NCBI GenBank assembly: GCA_041946805.1
Contig: JBHGBC010000118.1
Coordinates: 1-18,694 of the forward strand
Origin: a bacterium
GTDB lineage: Bacteria; Hinthialibacterota; Hinthialibacteria; Hinthialibacterales; Hinthialibacteraceae
Direction of reading: 5' to 3'
DNA: 18,694 bases
A model generated the notes under the pieces. That model worked only from the letters and a program-made list of their open reading frames with translations, had not been told where the DNA came from and made no database searches. This document shows positions 15,755 through 18,694 of the stretch, piece by piece. A program made the translations under genes and the position numbers. Every line of letters starts with the position of its first letter. The first letter of the stretch is position 1.

Positions 15755-17341
15755 ATGATACAGCCGCTTCGGATTTATGCCCTTTTCCCCATGGTATGTC
15801 TTGTTTCGTTCTTTCCGCTTCCCGGCCGGGCGGCGGACACCCACGACGATTTGATTTTCATCCACCATTCAACGGGAATGAACTGGTTGAATGACGGCTT
15901 GCGGCCGGTCCTGGACGCCAAACCCTATGCCGAGGAAGTCAACGAAATCTATTACGGCGACGTGTTGCCGCCCGATCCCGGGCGGCCCGCCTCCCTGGGC
16001 GATGTACCAGGGGACAACACCAACATGAATCACTGGATCTTCTGGTTCAACGACTATCTGGAAGGGATCCGGCAATTCCAGTGCGCGGACGGCCGCAACC
16101 GGATCATCATGTTCAAAAGTTGTTTTCCCCTCAGCCACATCGGCAGCGAGGGCTCTCTTCCGGGCAGCCCCTTCGATGAGGACCGGACGCTCGCCAATTA
16201 CCAAAGCCTCTACCGCAAGTACAACGATCCCAGCGGGACTTACTCCTACGAGGGCTATACCTACCGCCCCCTGGAGCAAATCTTCGCGGAACATCCCGAT
16301 ACCCTGTTCATTGCGGTGACCGCCCCGCCCCTGCATTACGCGCCCGTCGACGAGACGAACAACGCCAGCGCCCAACGCGCGCGGAATTTCAACAACTGGC
16401 TGAAAGACGAATGGCTGCCCGGCTATCTCGCGTCCAACCATGGCATTAAAAACGTGGCGGTGTTCGATTTGTTCAACGTGCTCGCGTTTTCGCCGGACCA
16501 CCCCACCCATCCCAACCGCTTGCGCGCCGAATACGGGGGCGACTCGGGCGATTCGCATCCCAACCACCAGGCCAACCAGGTTGCCACCGCGGCATTCAGC
16601 GGGTTTATCGATCAGGCGTACGCGGAGTGGACCGCGTCTCTCGAACCGGAGGCCAGCCCCACCCCGGAACCCACGAACACGCCCACCGAAACACCGCCCA
16701 CCGCCACTCCCACGTGGACACCCCCGGCCACCGCCACGGCCACGTCAACCCCGACGTTCACACCGGTATCGACACCTACTCCGCCGCCGACAGCCATCCC
16801 GACTCGTACCGCGACGCCGACATTCACCCCAACGCCCACCCGGACCTCCACACCCACGTTCACGCCGGCGCCCCCAATGACACCCACGCCGGAACCGGTG
16901 GTCATTGAGATCTCCCCCCGGACGGTGATGGTGACGGATGATCTTTACACCACTCAAAACCTGCTGGGAAAATTCGACCAGGATGAGCCGCTAAGCCGCA
17001 GCTTGGCCATCCGCTGGAACCTGGAAAGCGGTGAAGTGACCGATTATCATATCTATGTCGGCGTCAATGGCGCCAGCCCGGTTTACCTCGCCCGAACGGA
17101 TTCAGCGTCCCGGACCTATTATGAGTGGAAAGAAAACGCGCCGCTGACCTCCGGGGACTGGGCCCAGGGCCCCCAATTCGGCGACTCGTACCGCTTCCGC
17201 GTCTTCGCCATTCACGCGGATGGTTCAATCGACGCCATCGAGAGCATGGGCGAAGTGTATTTCGGGCAGTCCGGACAGCCGGTCCCCACGCCCACTCCGA
17301 CCCTCGGCCCCGTCCCGGTGACCGATTGGGTGATGTATTGA
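15755..17341 (+). CDS. Secreted SGNH-hydrolase-like protein with Pro/Thr linker, Fn3-like domain and C-terminal V-x-D-W-x-x-Y tail
   Basis: Signal peptide (...LPGRA|AD); IFIHHSTG, FKSCFP, NVAVFD.F and GDSHPN (DxH). PT-rich linker at about 16650..16896, a beta-rich domain (IRWN...DYHIYV...YRFRVFA), and the ending PTPTPTLGPVPVTDWVMY. The SGNH assignment rests on motifs only. Confidence 0.8.
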   Translation: MIQPLRIYALFPMVCLVSFFPLPGRAADTHDDLIFIHHSTGMNWLNDGLRPVLDAKPYAEEVNEIYYGDVLPPDPGRPASLGDVPGDNTNMNHWIFWFNDYLEGIRQFQCADGRNRIIMFKSCFPLSHIGSEGSLPGSPFDEDRTLANYQSLYRKYNDPSGTYSYEGYTYRPLEQIFAEHPDTLFIAVTAPPLHYAPVDETNNASAQRARNFNNWLKDEWLPGYLASNHGIKNVAVFDLFNVLAFSPDHPTHPNRLRAEYGGDSGDSHPNHQANQVATAAFSGFIDQAYAEWTASLEPEASPTPEPTNTPTETPPTATPTWTPPATATATSTPTFTPVSTPTPPPTAIPTRTATPTFTPTPTRTSTPTFTPAPPMTPTPEPVVIEISPRTVMVTDDLYTTQNLLGKFDQDEPLSRSLAIRWNLESGEVTDYHIYVGVNGASPVYLARTDSASRTYYEWKENAPLTSGDWAQGPQFGDSYRFRVFAIHADGSIDAIESMGEVYFGQSGQPVPTPTPTLGPVPVTDWVMY

Positions 17342-17427
17342 ACCAATTCATCCAACCGGCATGGATTTGTTCCTGGATTGCCAGATTGATATCGCATGGC
17401 GGCCGGTTTCCCGGATCCACTTTCATT

Positions 17428-17459
17428 CCCTCTTCCTTGGGGAGAAGGCAGGGGGAGGG
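17428..17459 (+). repeat. Degenerate BoxC-like palindrome copy
   Basis: CCCTCTTCCTTGGGGAGAAGGCAGGGGGAGGG resembles CCCTCTCCCTCTGGGAGAGGGCCAGGGTGAGGG. Confidence 0.55.
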
Positions 17460-17541
17460 AAGCCATGGAAGGGCATAATCCATTTCAGCCGGGCGATCGG
17501 GCAAACAGGTATCCATAAAAAACACGGAATCCCGAAAAATC

Positions 17542-18459
17542 ATGTTGCGGAAAATCCGGTCCACAGTACGAAAATCGCTTGATACCCTGGCGGAATGGCG
17601 ATACGCGTTCCTGAAAAAATCCACCGGCTTGGATCTGGTCTTCATCCACCATTCGTGCGGGAAAAACTGGCTGCGGCAGGGGCTGCGGTCCGCCTTGTTC
17701 GCCAAGCCGTATATCCGCCGGATCAAGGAAATCGAGTACGGATCCGTTCTGACTCCCGATCCCGGGCGGCCGGATTCCCTCGGCCCCGTCCCCGGCGGCC
17801 GCACCAACATGAACCATTGGCTCTTCTGGTTTAACGATTATTTGGACGGCGTATTGCATTATCCAAATCCGGACGGGAAAAACCGGATCATTCTCTTCAA
17901 GAGTTGTTTTCCCATTAGCAACATCGAGGATGAGGGAGATGGGCCGGGCGATCCCTTCAGCGTCCGCCAAATCCTGGCGAACTATCAAAGCATCTACCGC
18001 AATGCCATGGATCCGGCAGGGGAGTATTCGTTTTCCAACTACTCCTACAAGCCGCTGGAGAAAATCTTCGCCGGCAACCCGGATATCCTGTTCATCGCCG
18101 TCACCGCTCCCCCCCGGCATTACGCGCCCATGGAGGGTACAAATGACGAGGAAGCCCGGCGCGCGCGGCGGTTCAACCAATGGCTCAAAACGGAATGGCT
18201 GGAATCCTATCACCAAACGCGTCCCGGTTTACGAAACGTGGCGGTATTCGATTGGTTCGATTGCCTTGCCTATCCCGACGATCACTCCACGCATCCCAAC
18301 CGCCTGCGGAGCGAATACGGCGGCGAAGCGGGCGATTCGCATCCCCACCGGACGGCGAACCACCAAACCGCCGGGATTTTTTCAGACTTTTTGGATGCCA
18401 TCCTCTCGGAATGGACTGGATTTCATGCCGAAGAACGGGTAAAAGCACTGCAGGGATAG
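17542..18459 (+). CDS. SGNH-hydrolase-like protein, stand-alone paralogue of the catalytic domain of 15755..17341
   Basis: Colinear with the upstream gene (VFIHHSCG, NMNHWLFWFNDYL, FKSCFP, LFIAVTAPP, HPNRLRSEYGG, GDSHP), with no hydrophobic signal peptide, linker or tail. Confidence 0.85.
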   Translation: MLRKIRSTVRKSLDTLAEWRYAFLKKSTGLDLVFIHHSCGKNWLRQGLRSALFAKPYIRRIKEIEYGSVLTPDPGRPDSLGPVPGGRTNMNHWLFWFNDYLDGVLHYPNPDGKNRIILFKSCFPISNIEDEGDGPGDPFSVRQILANYQSIYRNAMDPAGEYSFSNYSYKPLEKIFAGNPDILFIAVTAPPRHYAPMEGTNDEEARRARRFNQWLKTEWLESYHQTRPGLRNVAVFDWFDCLAYPDDHSTHPNRLRSEYGGEAGDSHPHRTANHQTAGIFSDFLDAILSEWTGFHAEERVKALQG

Positions 18460-18542
18460 CGGGTGGTAATCTTTTACTCTGATGCGGAACTGTCTCAGAG
18501 ATTTATTCGTGTCCTGAGTAGGGATGGCAACACGAAACGATG

Positions 18543-18625
18543 CCCTCCTCCTCTGGGAGTGGGCCAGGGTGAGGGAATTTTGGCAGGAGCGGCCCTGGGT
18601 GTCCGTCCTTCTCCCGGGGCGAATG
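18543..18625 (+). repeat. BoxC-like + REP-like module, inverted copy of ~6520..6601
   Basis: CCTCCTCCTCTGGGAGTGGGCCAGGGTGAGGGAATTTTGGCAGGAGCGGCCCTGGGTGTCCGTCC aligns to the reverse complement of the 6477 element interior (...GAGAGGGCCAGGGTGAGGGAATTTTTGTAGGGGCGGACCTGGGTGTCCACCC). Confidence 0.75.
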
Positions 18626-18636
18626 GAATCAATTTT

Positions 18637-18694
18637 GGTTCATCCGACAAGTGCGTACCTCCGGCGCTATAGGCCCAGGGTTAAAACCCTGGGC
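18637..18694 (+). mobile_element. MITE-like element, partial (cut by the window end)
   Basis: GGTTCATCCGACAAGTGCGTACCT (18637..18660) differs at one base from 6477..6500. It is followed by the hairpin GCCCAGGGT-TAAA-ACCCTGGGC (18673..18694). Confidence 0.7.

Noticed and set aside
16612..16957. Val/Gly-rich and His-rich ORFs
   Set aside because: They are antisense or alternative-frame readings of the Pro/Thr linker.
15845..18415. Similarity between the two SGNH-like genes as a diversity-generating retroelement TR/VR pair
   Set aside because: Differences involve all bases across ~800 bp, both frames are intact, and no reverse transcriptase is present; this is an ordinary gene duplication.
79..18658. 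Recurrent 22-bp sequence as a CRISPR repeat
   Set aside because: Copies are dispersed over kilobases in inverted pairs, with no regular spacers and no cas genes.

Overview
GC-rich bacterial genomic window (genetic code 11) with 11 intact CDSs, one toxin pseudogene and intergenic regions dense in repeats. Most genes are cell-envelope related: a secreted Kelch-type beta-propeller, a 1597-aa modular surface protein (LRR cap, two tandem copies of an unknown domain, Pro/Thr linkers, HExxH metallopeptidase, IPT/TIG domain, low-GC C-terminal tip), a GT4 glycosyltransferase converging on a LegB-like dehydratase/DegT aminotransferase pair, a YdjM-like membrane hydrolase, a membrane hypothetical protein, a carboxypeptidase-regulatory-like repeat protein, and two tandem SGNH-like paralogues (one secreted and ending in ...PVPVTDWVMY, one without a signal peptide). 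An intact AbrB-type antitoxin precedes a RelE/ParE-like toxin that has an internal TAA and is truncated by a repeat element. The main non-genic signal is a family of about 240-275 bp MITE-like elements: three with both ends and two cut by the window edges. They share a 22-bp terminal inverted repeat (consensus GGTTCATCCGGYAAGTGCGTAC, resembling ISL3 ends) and carry shuffled palindromic modules (BoxC-like, GTAG-REP-like). No rRNA, tRNA, CRISPR array or transposase gene was seen. The protein style suggests an uncultured lineage such as OLB16/Hinthialibacterota or Sumerlaeota, but this is recall-based inference only.
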